Shown: positions 1 to 9,905 of the stretch, piece after piece
Layout: every line of letters starts with the position of its first letter
Position numbering within the stretch: the first letter of the stretch is position 1
IMG/VR virus record: IMGVR_UViG_2974731182_000001
Direction: 5' to 3' (one strand)
Length of the DNA stretch: 31,150 nucleotides
Origin: a virus
Taxonomy: Duplodnaviria; Heunggongvirae; Uroviricota; Caudoviricetes; Crassvirales
Program-made: the position numbers and the translations under genes
The notes under the pieces: generated by a model
The model's input: only the letters and a program-made list of their open reading frames with translations
What the model was told of the DNA's origin: nothing
Database searches by the model: none

Positions 1-3000
1 TGCCAAACATTCCTCTTTAGAGATGAAAAATACATCTCCATTTACTTTGTCATAGTATGTTACAAAACCTTCAAAGTCTATTGGATTCCATATATTCACA
101 TCTGTGGATCTACTATTTATCCAAGAGTGAAAACCTAATTTATCAGATAAATTAGCTATTTCTCCACTAAATAAGAATATACCTTTTGATATATCATCTA
201 TGAAATAAATTCCATTAGGAGTTTCTCTTATAGACCATTTATTCGTACATCCTATTTTATCTGATAAATATCTCTTTCCATCTACTTTTCCTGAATTCGC
301 TAACTCTATGGGAATACCATCTGTAGAGGATAATGGAGTCCTTGAATTATATAATATATTACTTATTCCTCTGTCCTGAAAAGCTATAAGCTCATTATTA
401 AATCTTCTCAAGGCTCTTATCTTTCCTTTATCTCCATCCAAGTCTAGGACAGAAGCTAAAGTTATATTAGTCCAGGAATCAGTTAGTTCTCCATTAGTCT
501 TAGTCTTTGTCCAAGTTATAGAATTGGGAAATTCTCTAACTTCAGTTGAAGAGTCAGTCATTCTATAGATAAAGTAATTATTATCCTGAGAATATACTTT
601 ATTTATCTTATTGAAGTTATCTATATTAATATTGAGTAGATTTTTAGTACCCCTATTATCATCATACCTCCCATCTAAATTTATCCTAGTCTCACACATA
701 AAAGATAAAACATCTATTACATTATTTTGGGATTCTGAATCAAATGGGTAAGTCTTTAAACAGTCATATCTTTGATAGTAGGTATCCCCCCAATTCCAAT
801 ACACATAAAATCCATCATTTTCAGATATGTTCTGTAGAGTTACATCTTCTCCAGCTATAAGCCATTCATTAGCTAACATAGCATCCTTAGTCATTCCTCC
901 AAATAGAGTGGTTTCATCTATATTGTCTCTTATTATATCACATAGATACATAACTCCTCCTCCAGCGGATATATTATAACCAGGACTGAAATAATCTCCT
1001 ATATCATCTGGTATTTCTATACTTCTATAATTAAATATAGTATTTCCTGAACTTATATTTGTCCAGAAGGGAGGACTAGTTTGAGTTTCACCATAAGGAA
1101 GATTTATAATGTTACCATTTTCAGATTTAATTTGTGGAAGTATCCATTGAGTATAATTCGTTTGATTATTGCTATCAGTATATATATCCCCCAAATTTAT
1201 AACCAGGTGTTTAGGAGATTTATACTTCATACTAACAGCCCCAGTCAACTCAGTGTTCATTACAGGAACACTACCTCCAGAACCTGGATTAGTATATTCA
1301 GGTTTCCTTGCGTAACCTCTATATATCCCTCTTGGTATGCCTTGATCACTAGATGATCCAGTTACAATTACCGGATAATTATAGTTTCCTGTTTCTCCCT
1401 TTACCGGAGATATTATAGAGTCTATATTACCATAATATGTTTTATCCCCCACATATATAGCAGATATCTCATTAGAATCCCATATAGACATATCAGGAAA
1501 ATCTTTACTACTTTGTACTAGCACCGGAGTATCTAGATAATAAGTATTATAGGAGAATCTCAGCATCGCTTCAGTTTTGGATTTTAACTTAGCAGATCCT
1601 CCTCCATTATCATTATTAAGAGATCCATTTCTATGCCATAAGTATGTAAGATATCCCCAGGAGTAATTTCCTTCCCTAGCTACTACCTTATCTCCTTTAA
1701 CAGCATAATCCATCCATAAAACATCAGCTCCAATACTATACCATGCTTGTGCTATATCCAATTTAGAATCTAAAGAAATTTCCTGTCCTTCGATATACTT
1801 TCCATATCCAGTTGAGCTTCCTCCAGTATATGTATAAGTTAAAGTGGGGGAAGAAGTGGACAAAGTTCTGGTAACATATTTTGAACTTATAGGAACAATC
1901 CCTACTACTCTTATCCTATAGTTATATAGATTATCCATTGTAAATTCGTCCCCCAATTCAATATCTGGAGAATGAAAAGTGAAAATTGAATGATCTACAA
2001 AGAACTCATCTCCGTAATTATTGATCCAATTAGAATGGTTAGAAGTTATAAATGGAGTAACAAAACTCAAACTATCGAGTCCTGCATTTTGTATTTCACA
2101 CTCTCTATAGTTCACTGGAGGTAAATGCATACAGTGCCTAAACTCAGCCCTATAACCATGGCTGTTAAAAGTGGTAGTACCCATATTACCCTGTTCTCCT
2201 ATTCCAAATGGTCTAAATATCCAAGAGGACTGAGCATAAGGAGCATTATTGTATCTGTCAGAAGCTCTAAATACAGTAGGGCACACTATTCCTTGAGCTA
2301 TGATAGTTCTTTCTGAAAATTTGGGATAAACCACCAGAGGTCTAGCACTAATATATCCATGTTCCTTTAGATATTTAGTTAGGATGTTATTGTTATCAAA
2401 TATACCGCAAAAGCATCCAACATTCTGTTTATCAGTACCACTTCCAGTACTTATTTCTCTTCCGCCAGTCGGTTTAATATTATTTACTATATCCTTTATA
2501 AATATAGGATTAGTCCAATTACCTACTTTATCTTGGAACTGTATTCCAAGTCTATAAGTTTCCCCATATTTAAATATTCTCTCTGTTGGATTAGGTAAAG
2601 TGTTTTTATAGCTATAAACCCCTTTCTGGAGTGGAAGCCTATCTAAAACTCTCTTTGTGCTAAATACTACATCAGCCTTTGTATTATTTTCTACCCACAA
2701 ATGATCATTACTAACCTTAATGTCTCCAAGGAATAATGTACCGTCCTTATGTGATATAGTACCAAATACAGCTTCTACTCCTCCAACATATAAGAGCTTT
2801 GTAGGATCTTCAATGTCTCCATAATTCCCAGAATCTGTATAAGTTAAACTACCGCCAGTAGATGTTCCTATACTTAAGTCTATAACTCTTTTAACTTCTG
2901 GAGTTGCATTTATAGATGACCTAAAAATACTATATATTCTTACATAATCCCAAGAAGTATCTGGATTATAAATATTTATCCTAAAGGAATTGTTAGATAA

Positions 3001-3762
3001 CTCTTCCGGAGAGCCTCCTTTACCTCCAGAAGAAGTAAAATACAGAGGAGATGTATAAACTATATTGCTTTCTTGTAAATATTCGCTAACATATGTTATA
3101 CAATATTGTATTACTCCACTAGAGAATTGTCCTCCTCCATCTATTGTATCTATAGTAACACTATCAGGAGATATTACCTCTTTCACGAAATTGAAGGAGT
3201 TATCCTTCCATTCTGTTTCAGAGGCTATGTTTATAACCCTAGGTTGATTTAGGCCATCTACCCAATATACCTTCTTGGAATTCTCATTTTCATATAATGA
3301 GATAGTTTCTATAGGATACCTTGGGTTAAATTTTAAATTACCAGAGAATAAGATTTTTCCTCTTATATTTAATCCATCTAACCATATCTTGTATATTTTA
3401 TCTTTAAAATCTTCAGAATCAATATCTTCAATGTTCCTCTCAGTAGCTGTCAAATCATTTATAGTACTAGACGAAGCATCTATATCTTTTATCTTCCGGG
3501 TAATTATCTGCCCAGATGAGAATATTACTAATTCGTCATTAAGAAGAGACTGCCCAATTGGAATACCTTTTATAGAATCTCCTATCCCATAAATATAGGG
3601 GGATATATTTCCCTTCTCATTAGATATACTTAGCAGAGTATTATCATCTGTAGACATTATTCTAATATTCTTATTTTCATAAGAATATTGAGAGTTGAAC
3701 GCAGAAACACTTAAATCTCTCTGCATCCCTCTAATTTTGAAAATAGATTGTCCCCGCTGCAT
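1..3762 (-). CDS. Muzzle / tail stabilisation protein (crAss gp44-like), 3' end beyond the window edge; absent from the supplied ORF track
   Basis: ATG at 3762, 1 nt after the stop of the ring gene. Starts MQRGQSIFKIRGMQRDLSVSAFNSQYSYENKNIRI. I scanned this frame by hand and found no stop codon from 3762 to position 1 (1254 codons). The position after the ring and IHF-like genes matches crAss synteny. Confidence 0.85.
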   Translation of the reverse strand, partial: MQRGQSIFKIRGMQRDLSVSAFNSQYSYENKNIRIMSTDDNTLLSISNEKGNISPYIYGIGDSIKGIPIGQSLLNDELVIFSSGQIITRKIKDIDASSSTINDLTATERNIEDIDSEDFKDKIYKIWLDGLNIRGKILFSGNLKFNPRYPIETISLYENENSKKVYWVDGLNQPRVINIASETEWKDNSFNFVKEVISPDSVTIDTIDGGGQFSSGVIQYCITYVSEYLQESNIVYTSPLYFTSSGGKGGSPEELSNNSFRINIYNPDTSWDYVRIYSIFRSSINATPEVKRVIDLSIGTSTGGSLTYTDSGNYGDIEDPTKLLYVGGVEAVFGTISHKDGTLFLGDIKVSNDHLWVENNTKADVVFSTKRVLDRLPLQKGVYSYKNTLPNPTERIFKYGETYRLGIQFQDKVGNWTNPIFIKDIVNNIKPTGGREISTGSGTDKQNVGCFCGIFDNNNILTKYLKEHGYISARPLVVYPKFSERTIIAQGIVCPTVFRASDRYNNAPYAQSSWIFRPFGIGEQGNMGTTTFNSHGYRAEFRHCMHLPPVNYRECEIQNAGLDSLSFVTPFITSNHSNWINNYGDEFFVDHSIFTFHSPDIELGDEFTMDNLYNYRIRVVGIVPISSKYVTRTLSTSSPTLTYTYTGGSSTGYGKYIEGQEISLDSKLDIAQAWYSIGADVLWMDYAVKGDKVVAREGNYSWGYLTYLWHRNGSLNNDNGGGSAKLKSKTEAMLRFSYNTYYLDTPVLVQSSKDFPDMSIWDSNEISAIYVGDKTYYGNIDSIISPVKGETGNYNYPVIVTGSSSDQGIPRGIYRGYARKPEYTNPGSGGSVPVMNTELTGAVSMKYKSPKHLVINLGDIYTDSNNQTNYTQWILPQIKSENGNIINLPYGETQTSPPFWTNISSGNTIFNYRSIEIPDDIGDYFSPGYNISAGGGVMYLCDIIRDNIDETTLFGGMTKDAMLANEWLIAGEDVTLQNISENDGFYVYWNWGDTYYQRYDCLKTYPFDSESQNNVIDVLSFMCETRINLDGRYDDNRGTKNLLNINIDNFNKINKVYSQDNNYFIYRMTDSSTEVREFPNSITWTKTKTNGELTDSWTNITLASVLDLDGDKGKIRALRRFNNELIAFQDRGISNILYNSRTPLSSTDGIPIELANSGKVDGKRYLSDKIGCTNKWSIRETPNGIYFIDDISKGIFLFSGEIANLSDKLGFHSWINSRSTDVNIWNPIDFEGFVTYYDKVNGDVFFISKEECLA

Positions 3763-3763
3763 A

Positions 3764-4456
3764 TTAATATAGTTTTAATCTTTCCTTACTTCCATTGTTT
3801 TTAAAGCCAGTTCTATGCTCCCCATCCCTTATAATAAGAGTCCTCCAGGAGTTAAAGAAGGATTCAGCTTTATCAATAGATAATCTATTGAACTCAGATT
3901 CACAATCTCCTACAGCCCAAGCATACTCTTGTTGTACATTTTGCAGTACAGCTGGACTTATCTCCCCCAAATCAAATAGTACAGTAAACTGTTTTTTCTT
4001 AATATAGAGTTCAAGTGCTCTAGTAAAGCTACTATTATCTGGAATAAGAGGGTATCCATCTTCATCAGTAGCTATAGCTTCATAGGATATCTCTATATCT
4101 CCGTCTTCAATAGATGTATATATAATATTGCCCTGTATTTTATAGGTTAAATCGTTTACACCTCTTTTATAATCATGCTTACATTCACTCATATGGAATG
4201 AGTCTGTAGAATATCTGAAGGCTGCTCCTCCAACTTTCCTTATTTGAATAACTTGGTAATAGTCACAAGGAAGAATAGCCCTATATTCTTTCACCCTAAT
4301 TATTTCTGTTTTTTCTTCAAATATACTAGGTGTTCCAACAATCCTCATGAAATCTACACAATAGTCAACTGCTGTCTCTAATGTTATATCTTGCATAAGA
4401 GGATGTCTGAGTATTTTATCTAAAATTAATTTTATACTTGAATATTGTTCAGCCAT
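3764..4456 (-). CDS. Tail ring/tubular protein (crAss R1-like)
   Basis: 230 aa ORF with the crAss tail tubular pattern (ILDKILRHPLM...LPCDYYQV...PLIPDNSSFTRALELYIK...YAWAVGDC); lies immediately upstream of the muzzle gene. Confidence 0.7.
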   Translation of the reverse strand: MAEQYSSIKLILDKILRHPLMQDITLETAVDYCVDFMRIVGTPSIFEEKTEIIRVKEYRAILPCDYYQVIQIRKVGGAAFRYSTDSFHMSECKHDYKRGVNDLTYKIQGNIIYTSIEDGDIEISYEAIATDEDGYPLIPDNSSFTRALELYIKKKQFTVLFDLGEISPAVLQNVQQEYAWAVGDCESEFNRLSIDKAESFFNSWRTLIIRDGEHRTGFKNNGSKERLKLY

Positions 4457-4467
4457 ATCTAAATAAT

Positions 4468-5019
4468 TTATATCATAAAACTATCTACTATTCCCTCCTT
4501 TATATTTTGCTTTAGTTCTTTCTTTATATTTCTATTTAGATGAAAAGTATAGAAAGATTTATTAGTAAAATTAGCTACATTTCTATTATAGTAGATTTTA
4601 AATATTTCTTTTTCTTCCACTTTAATAAGTGTTTTATTCTTATAGGATTCCTCATCTTCATACCATAATTTAAGAGTTCTATCCCAGTCGATAGGGAGAT
4701 TAGTCTTGATTTTATTTCCTTCTAAAACAATATTAGCTTTATATTTTCTTATTTCTAATTTTCCCAATCTACATGGTAACGTAACATCATCACCTTTTGA
4801 TAATAAATCAGCCAGTAATTTATTTACTTTTCTAATGATAGAAAAATACTGAGATTCTGTAAGTATATATTTAGATTCTTTTGGTTTAGTCTTCCTGTAA
4901 AATTTATATCCGTCATAAACTCCATATGAGTTTTTTATTTTATGATGTCTACTTCCTTTTACTTTATTAACTAGACCTCTAAACTCTTCATAGCTTATTA
5001 CCTCTTCTGGATTAGCCAT
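4468..5019 (-). CDS. IHF/HU-like DNA-binding protein of crAss phages
   Basis: Basic 183 aa ORF with an HU/IHF-like core (NKLLADLLSKGDDVTLPCRLGKLEIRK) and IDWDRTLKLW. crAss phages carry IHF homologues at this position in the tail module. Confidence 0.7.
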   Translation of the reverse strand: MANPEEVISYEEFRGLVNKVKGSRHHKIKNSYGVYDGYKFYRKTKPKESKYILTESQYFSIIRKVNKLLADLLSKGDDVTLPCRLGKLEIRKYKANIVLEGNKIKTNLPIDWDRTLKLWYEDEESYKNKTLIKVEEKEIFKIYYNRNVANFTNKSFYTFHLNRNIKKELKQNIKEGIVDSFMI

Positions 5020-5023
5020 AGTA

Positions 5024-5755
5024 TTATTCTAATTGTTTTTGAAAATTACTCTTTGTATTCCTAGCTATAAAAGAAGCCATATCAGATAAATCGTCCTTAG
5101 CATTGTTATCAGGATCAGCTGGTCTGTAAGAAGCTCCCAAGAGCTCTTTAACTGTCAGCTCTACAAGAGGGGAAATAAGGGAATCCTCTATAGGAAATTC
5201 TCTATCTAATATATCGCATGGGATTTTACCTTCTTCATCAGGGCATTGGAGGTCAGAGGCTCTGATGGAATTAAAGAATATCCCAGTAAGTCTTACATGC
5301 TCAAGGTATAGATGTTGCGGATTACAAGACTTAAAATATAAATAGTTGTCAGGACCGATGGAACAATAAATAATGTTCTTTAGAAATTTGTTATACCCTA
5401 CATATCTCATCCTATCTCTACTAACATAAGCTATGTCACCTTGGTAATAATCAACTGGATAAACCTTAGGTGTCCCAATTTGCATAAGAAATGGTATCTT
5501 ATCTTTGCTTCTAAGATAGATTCCCCCCTCACAAGGTTCACCGGATATAGCAGGAACCTGAATTAAATCTAAGCATATAGTCTGATAATTACTGGAAGGC
5601 ATTCGTTTCTTAACACTTGAATATCTTTGCTTAAGTAGAAAGGCCCTATATTTATCAAGAAGAATCATAACATGATCTTCAGTGAATGTAGAATCATCAG
5701 AATGTAGTTTAAGTTCATCCAAAACTAAATAAGTCAACTCTCTAAATGTACTCAT
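5024..5755 (-). CDS. Tail ring protein (crAss R2-like)
   Basis: 243 aa; MSTFRELTYLVLDELK...DSTFTEDHVM...FPIEDSLISPLVELTVKEL pattern; synteny. Confidence 0.65.
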   Translation of the reverse strand: MSTFRELTYLVLDELKLHSDDSTFTEDHVMILLDKYRAFLLKQRYSSVKKRMPSSNYQTICLDLIQVPAISGEPCEGGIYLRSKDKIPFLMQIGTPKVYPVDYYQGDIAYVSRDRMRYVGYNKFLKNIIYCSIGPDNYLYFKSCNPQHLYLEHVRLTGIFFNSIRASDLQCPDEEGKIPCDILDREFPIEDSLISPLVELTVKELLGASYRPADPDNNAKDDLSDMASFIARNTKSNFQKQLE

Positions 5756-5768
5756 ATTTGTATATAAT

Positions 5769-5818
5769 AAAAAATCCTTATTGCAAAGATAAGTAAAATT
5801 TATTCTTGCAACAAGGAT
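5769..5818 (-). terminator. Inverted repeat plus U-tract overlapping the promoter
   Basis: ATCCTTGTTGC...GCAATAAGGAT (one G-T pair, 23 nt loop) followed by TTTTT on the minus strand. Confidence 0.4.
5784..5815 (-). promoter_or_regulatory. Bacteroidota-type promoter (CTTG-N20-TATCTTTG)
   Basis: Minus strand reads CTTG ttgcaagaataaattttact TATCTTTG, 28 nt upstream of the ATG at 5755. Confidence 0.65.
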
Positions 5819-5854
5819 ATTATCATTTTTCTAGTATAAATATTATATTAATTA

Positions 5855-6139
5855 TTATAGAAATGGATTATATTTTACAGTTTCTGTAACATTTCTTATA
5901 AACTCTGGATATGGTAATAAACAATTCGATCCAAATAAGCAGGTTAAAGCTTCTCCAATAGCTCTATAATCTTCTTCAGTTATAGTTTTATTATAGCCTA
6001 TCTCTAACATTTCTGTAATAAATAGCACTGCTATTAACCTATTTACTTTTCCATAGGATATGTATCCAAGTTTTGTCAAAGCATTAAAATAAGAAATCAA
6101 TGAGTTCGACAAGTATTTATTTACAGCATCCATTACCAA
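5855..6139 (-). CDS. Small virion protein (tail hub B-like)
   Basis: 94 aa; YFNALTKLGY...ALTCLFGSNCLLPYP; synteny between the auxiliary capsid and ring genes. Confidence 0.5.
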   Translation of the reverse strand: MVMDAVNKYLSNSLISYFNALTKLGYISYGKVNRLIAVLFITEMLEIGYNKTITEEDYRAIGEALTCLFGSNCLLPYPEFIRNVTETVKYNPFL

Positions 6140-6620
6140 ATAAATTTTTTAATTCTTTATTCCTAAAGAATTTGTTCCAAAATTGTATAGCTTGAAGATA
6201 ATTTCCTGCTTTGATAGATAGTTCAAAAGCTTTAAATCTTAAGATACAATCTATAAACACTTTCGGAGGGCAACAGCATGATGTTCCAATAGTTTTTACA
6301 GACGGCATGAAACTTTGGTATATTCTAAAAAAGTTACATACAGGACACATAATTATGTCATCTTTATCACTTCTGCAGTACACAAATAGTAAGTTATCAG
6401 ATATATCCAAAGATTCCTTGGGAATCTCTAGTCTAAAAACTTTAGACTGATCAGAATTAATGCTTTGATATATAGGAGACGAACTAGGCATCCCTTCAGT
6501 ATAAGTATCTTGATTATCTATCACCACTTGTTTAGGATAAATACCCTCAGTATCTGTGCATTGAACCTCTATTACCAATAATGTTCCTTCTGGATTAACA
6601 TATAATTCATTAAATTTCAT
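6117..6620 (-). CDS. Virion protein (tail hub A-like)
   Basis: 167 aa; C-terminal CCCPPKVFIDCILRFKAFELSIKAGNYLQAIQFWNKFF; synteny. Confidence 0.5.
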   Translation of the reverse strand: MKFNELYVNPEGTLLVIEVQCTDTEGIYPKQVVIDNQDTYTEGMPSSSPIYQSINSDQSKVFRLEIPKESLDISDNLLFVYCRSDKDDIIMCPVCNFFRIYQSFMPSVKTIGTSCCCPPKVFIDCILRFKAFELSIKAGNYLQAIQFWNKFFRNKELKNLFGNGCCK

Positions 6621-6642
6621 AGCACTCTATTATAAAGGTAAT

Positions 6643-6670
6643 AAAAAAAATAGGGAGACATTAGTCTCCC
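6643..6670 (-). terminator. Rho-independent terminator after the auxiliary capsid gene
   Basis: GGGAGAC-TAAT-GTCTCCC followed by TATTTTTTTT on the minus strand. Confidence 0.8.
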
Positions 6671-6687
6671 TTAATTATTTAATAGCC

Positions 6688-7959
6688 CTATGCAGAGACA
6701 TCAAGTGCTGTAATCGTTAATCCAGTAGCAGTATTAATAGCTGCGATAATGTTATTAGTAAGTTTATTACTAGTCTGATTATTATCTCCAACCTTAGGAA
6801 CTACGATTGTAATATCCTTCTCTGATTTCTGAACAGCCTCATTAGAACCAACATAGGCATAGTGAATGTCGATAGTATTATATTTCAAATCGGGGTTCAC
6901 CAAGTACTTGGTTCTGATAACGTTAGGGAATCCCACCATTCTATAAACATCTCCTCTCTCACCCATACAGAAGTATTCAAGATCTGCAATTTTATGTCCA
7001 TCGGGAATACTATTAGTTGAAGCTTGTTTCTCTACCAAACCCCAAATTCTATCATCACCATTAACTATAATAGTATCTGGCATAAGAGTGAAATTTACAG
7101 GGACTTGAGGGAATGTACCAAGTATCCATTCTTGAGGAACCTCTTCTACTATCAAGCCACTGGCATCTCCACCAGTAAGAGCTACAGGAGTAGTCTCTGA
7201 TTGTACTGCTATTTCATCTGTACCAGCTATAGAAATCATAGCTGCTATACCTGGATTAGCAGCAACCAAATCCTTCAAATCTTTGATAGTTTTCTTAGTA
7301 GTTGTCAAGGAAGCCCTGATAACGGTAAATCCATCTTCTTGTGTTACTCTGAAACCTGCATTTGTAGCAGTAATAGATTCTACAGCAAATTTAATAGAGT
7401 TCCCTATTACCCCATTTTCTACTGCAGTTACTGTAATACTAGTATTAGTAGTCATAGTAACTTTAGCTGCAGTTCCTTCCAAGCTAAAGTCCAACAACTG
7501 TTCTGTTTCTCTTGAGAAGTTCTTTTTCAGTGACTTGTAAAGCTCTTGATAAAAACTGCCTGCTGTCATTCCTGACACTGCATGGACCATGCCATATTTA
7601 AAGTATTGATCTTCCTCAGACATACCAATATAGTTTCTAAAGGCAATTCTAAGGATATAATCCTGACCAGCCACCGGAGATCCGCCATTCACAGTAGGAT
7701 CTAAAGTTACCTTGTATTTAGCTAATTCATGAGCCAGATCATCAGCATCTGTTGCTTTAGCATACATGATATTTTTAATATCTATTAGGTCACTTCTTAG
7801 CATACCTCCAGCTCCCATGTATTCAAAATACAGGTGATTTTTTGCTGTGTCAGATTTTACTGCAATAGAGCCGACTGCGTCAGTTGAAATAACATTAGAG
7901 GGTTTTAATGCTTCTGCTACATAAAGTTGTCTTGCTTGATTTGTACTAAATGTCGCCAT
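6688..7959 (-). CDS. Auxiliary (decoration) capsid protein, crAss gp36-like, with an internal insertion
   Basis: NQARQLYVA, YILRIAFRNYIGMSEEDQYFKYG, DGHKIADLEYFCMGERGD and SNEAVQKSEKDITIV match the recalled PhiCrAss001 auxiliary capsid protein. Confidence 0.8.
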   Translation of the reverse strand: MATFSTNQARQLYVAEALKPSNVISTDAVGSIAVKSDTAKNHLYFEYMGAGGMLRSDLIDIKNIMYAKATDADDLAHELAKYKVTLDPTVNGGSPVAGQDYILRIAFRNYIGMSEEDQYFKYGMVHAVSGMTAGSFYQELYKSLKKNFSRETEQLLDFSLEGTAAKVTMTTNTSITVTAVENGVIGNSIKFAVESITATNAGFRVTQEDGFTVIRASLTTTKKTIKDLKDLVAANPGIAAMISIAGTDEIAVQSETTPVALTGGDASGLIVEEVPQEWILGTFPQVPVNFTLMPDTIIVNGDDRIWGLVEKQASTNSIPDGHKIADLEYFCMGERGDVYRMVGFPNVIRTKYLVNPDLKYNTIDIHYAYVGSNEAVQKSEKDITIVVPKVGDNNQTSNKLTNNIIAAINTATGLTITALDVSA

Positions 7960-7993
7960 TTTAATATATATATTAAATTATACAATAGATTAT

Positions 7994-8662
7994 TTATGCA
8001 CCTGATGACCATATAGCCTTAGCAAGAGAAACTGCTCTATTAAGTATAGCCCTATGGATTACAGGATTTAGTTTACACTCTGTTACTTTTGTTTCATTAT
8101 TTATACTTACCCCATAGCCTGTCAGATCCTCTAAGATGATAGGATCTGGTCTAGAAAGATACCTGACAGTGTAGGATTTTATATTGTATTTACTAACTAA
8201 TTCTGCTTTAGTTCCAATAGTTAATCTCAAAACCCTTCTATCATTGGGACCTCTAAATGGGTTCCTCGATACATTATAAAAGTTGTCTTGAGATACTGGA
8301 ACTACGATTACATCTTTATTGTTTGCACATCCTAGAGATTCATCACTTAAGTTAACAGATTCATAAGTTATAAACCATAGATCTTCCGGTAGTTGAAAGA
8401 ATATAGAATTCTTATGAGCCTCATTCTCTATCTTATCACTTAAAGTAACTTCTTTAACTAAGTTACTTATATATTCTGTAACTTCTTCAGTATTTTCAAA
8501 GGATTCCCCATTGAATCTCCCATTATATATATCTATCACTATAGATTCTTGGGATTGAGTAAGTAAGACACTCTTCTCATACTCATTCAATGGAGCTGCA
8601 TTATTACTCATTAGATTATTATAAAGTATGTCAAACTCATTAGAGAATTCTTTATTATTCAT
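7994..8662 (-). CDS. Tail ring protein (crAss R3-R5-like)
   Basis: 222 aa; MNNKEFSNEFDILYNN...LNEYEKSVLLTQSQE...YLSRPDPIIL...LNPVIHRAILNRAV motifs. Confidence 0.7.
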   Translation of the reverse strand: MNNKEFSNEFDILYNNLMSNNAAPLNEYEKSVLLTQSQESIVIDIYNGRFNGESFENTEEVTEYISNLVKEVTLSDKIENEAHKNSIFFQLPEDLWFITYESVNLSDESLGCANNKDVIVVPVSQDNFYNVSRNPFRGPNDRRVLRLTIGTKAELVSKYNIKSYTVRYLSRPDPIILEDLTGYGVSINNETKVTECKLNPVIHRAILNRAVSLAKAIWSSGA

Positions 8663-8663
8663 A

Positions 8664-9704
8664 CTATTTTAACTTTGCTTCTAAAGAAAATTTCAATTCC
8701 TGGTGCTTAGGAGAATTAAGGAATTTAGCAGCTATATTCAGAGTAGGTTCCTCATTAATCTCACATAGAGGAGTATTATCACTCTTCAAGTATAAATAGT
8801 TTCCTCTACTTGAAATGAGGCCTGCTTCAATACTTTTCTTTATAAGAACCTTAGTACTAAGCAGGGGATCAGTAATCACTCTTAAAAAGAGTTTGCTGTC
8901 TGCTTGAATAAGACTATTAATTTTCGTTTGCAAAAATTCCAGTTTAGCAGTGGGAGATGTAGGTCTTCCGTCTATAGATTCTATTATTACTCTTAATGTA
9001 TCTATATCATTTTCTACCTTACCGAATTCCTTATAGCATCTCATAGTATTACTCATATTTCCTCTAGCAGATTTAATCTCATCACCTTCTGTTACAATAA
9101 CAAACTGATAGGTAGCTTTTGGATGGTCCTGTAATTCCTGTAATGAAGAAGCGATAAAATCTTTATTGGCTAGTAGTATCTTATATCTTATATAATCCTC
9201 CGGGTTAGATAAATCAAAATAATTATCTTGCTTCTTCAATGTTACCTTTGAAATTCCATTTTCGTTAGAGTCATCCCAGAAATTATCGACTTTCTTGTAG
9301 ATACTTAATGAATTATATTCAAGCCCCATAATTTCCTCTAGAAAAGCTTTCTCAGCATCTGTAAGAACATTTACAAACATACCAGAAGATAATCTAGGAA
9401 CTACGAATGTTCTGCTAGCATTTTCAGCCATTCCTCCATATAACACATGTTTGGGGTTTGTGATCATTCCTCCTTCTTTTGGTATATGTCTTACTATAAC
9501 TCTCTCTTTTCTCAAACAATTAATTAGAGCATTATTCTTTGCAGTGTTAGATTTCTCCAACACTTCAGAAGCATTGCTCTCTCCTTCAAGATTGTGATGC
9601 AACTTTGAAACCTCTCTCATAGAGACTTCTCTGATAGAATCTTCATCTATTTCAAATTCAGGTGTCTCGTAATTTATATTTTCTTCTACTTTATTTTTTG
9701 CCAT
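8664..9704 (-). CDS. Conserved crAss protein immediately downstream of MCP (function unknown)
   Basis: 346 aa ORF with phage-like composition; synteny downstream of MCP. Confidence 0.6.
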   Translation of the reverse strand: MAKNKVEENINYETPEFEIDEDSIREVSMREVSKLHHNLEGESNASEVLEKSNTAKNNALINCLRKERVIVRHIPKEGGMITNPKHVLYGGMAENASRTFVVPRLSSGMFVNVLTDAEKAFLEEIMGLEYNSLSIYKKVDNFWDDSNENGISKVTLKKQDNYFDLSNPEDYIRYKILLANKDFIASSLQELQDHPKATYQFVIVTEGDEIKSARGNMSNTMRCYKEFGKVENDIDTLRVIIESIDGRPTSPTAKLEFLQTKINSLIQADSKLFLRVITDPLLSTKVLIKKSIEAGLISSRGNYLYLKSDNTPLCEINEEPTLNIAAKFLNSPKHQELKFSLEAKLK

Positions 9705-9718
9705 ATCTTCTCCTTTCT

Positions 9719-9750
9719 AAAAAAAATAGGGAGTAGGAGTACCTACTCCC
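9719..9750 (-). terminator. Rho-independent terminator after MCP
   Basis: GGGAGTAGG-TACT-CCTACTCCC followed by TATTTTTTTT, just after the MCP stop at 9757. Confidence 0.8.
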
Positions 9751-9756
9751 ATCATA

Positions 9757-9905
9757 TTAACCCTGCAGTATAGCAGGAATAATTGACATAGTTCTCGTAG
9801 GATCAAGAACACAGATACCTAAAGTGGCCATTCTATGAATAACTGCCGAGTCCTCATCAAAAGACATATAGGGATTACCCTTCTGTCCTGTATATGGATT
9901 TCTCA
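9757..9905 (-). CDS. Major capsid protein exon 4 (C-terminus: LRNPYTGQKGNPYMSFDEDSAVIHRMATLG...IPAILQG)
   Basis: Follows the terminal G of intron 3. The exon start TGAGAAAT pairs with intron ATTTCTCA (P10). The sequence matches the crAss MCP C-terminus. Confidence 0.85.
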
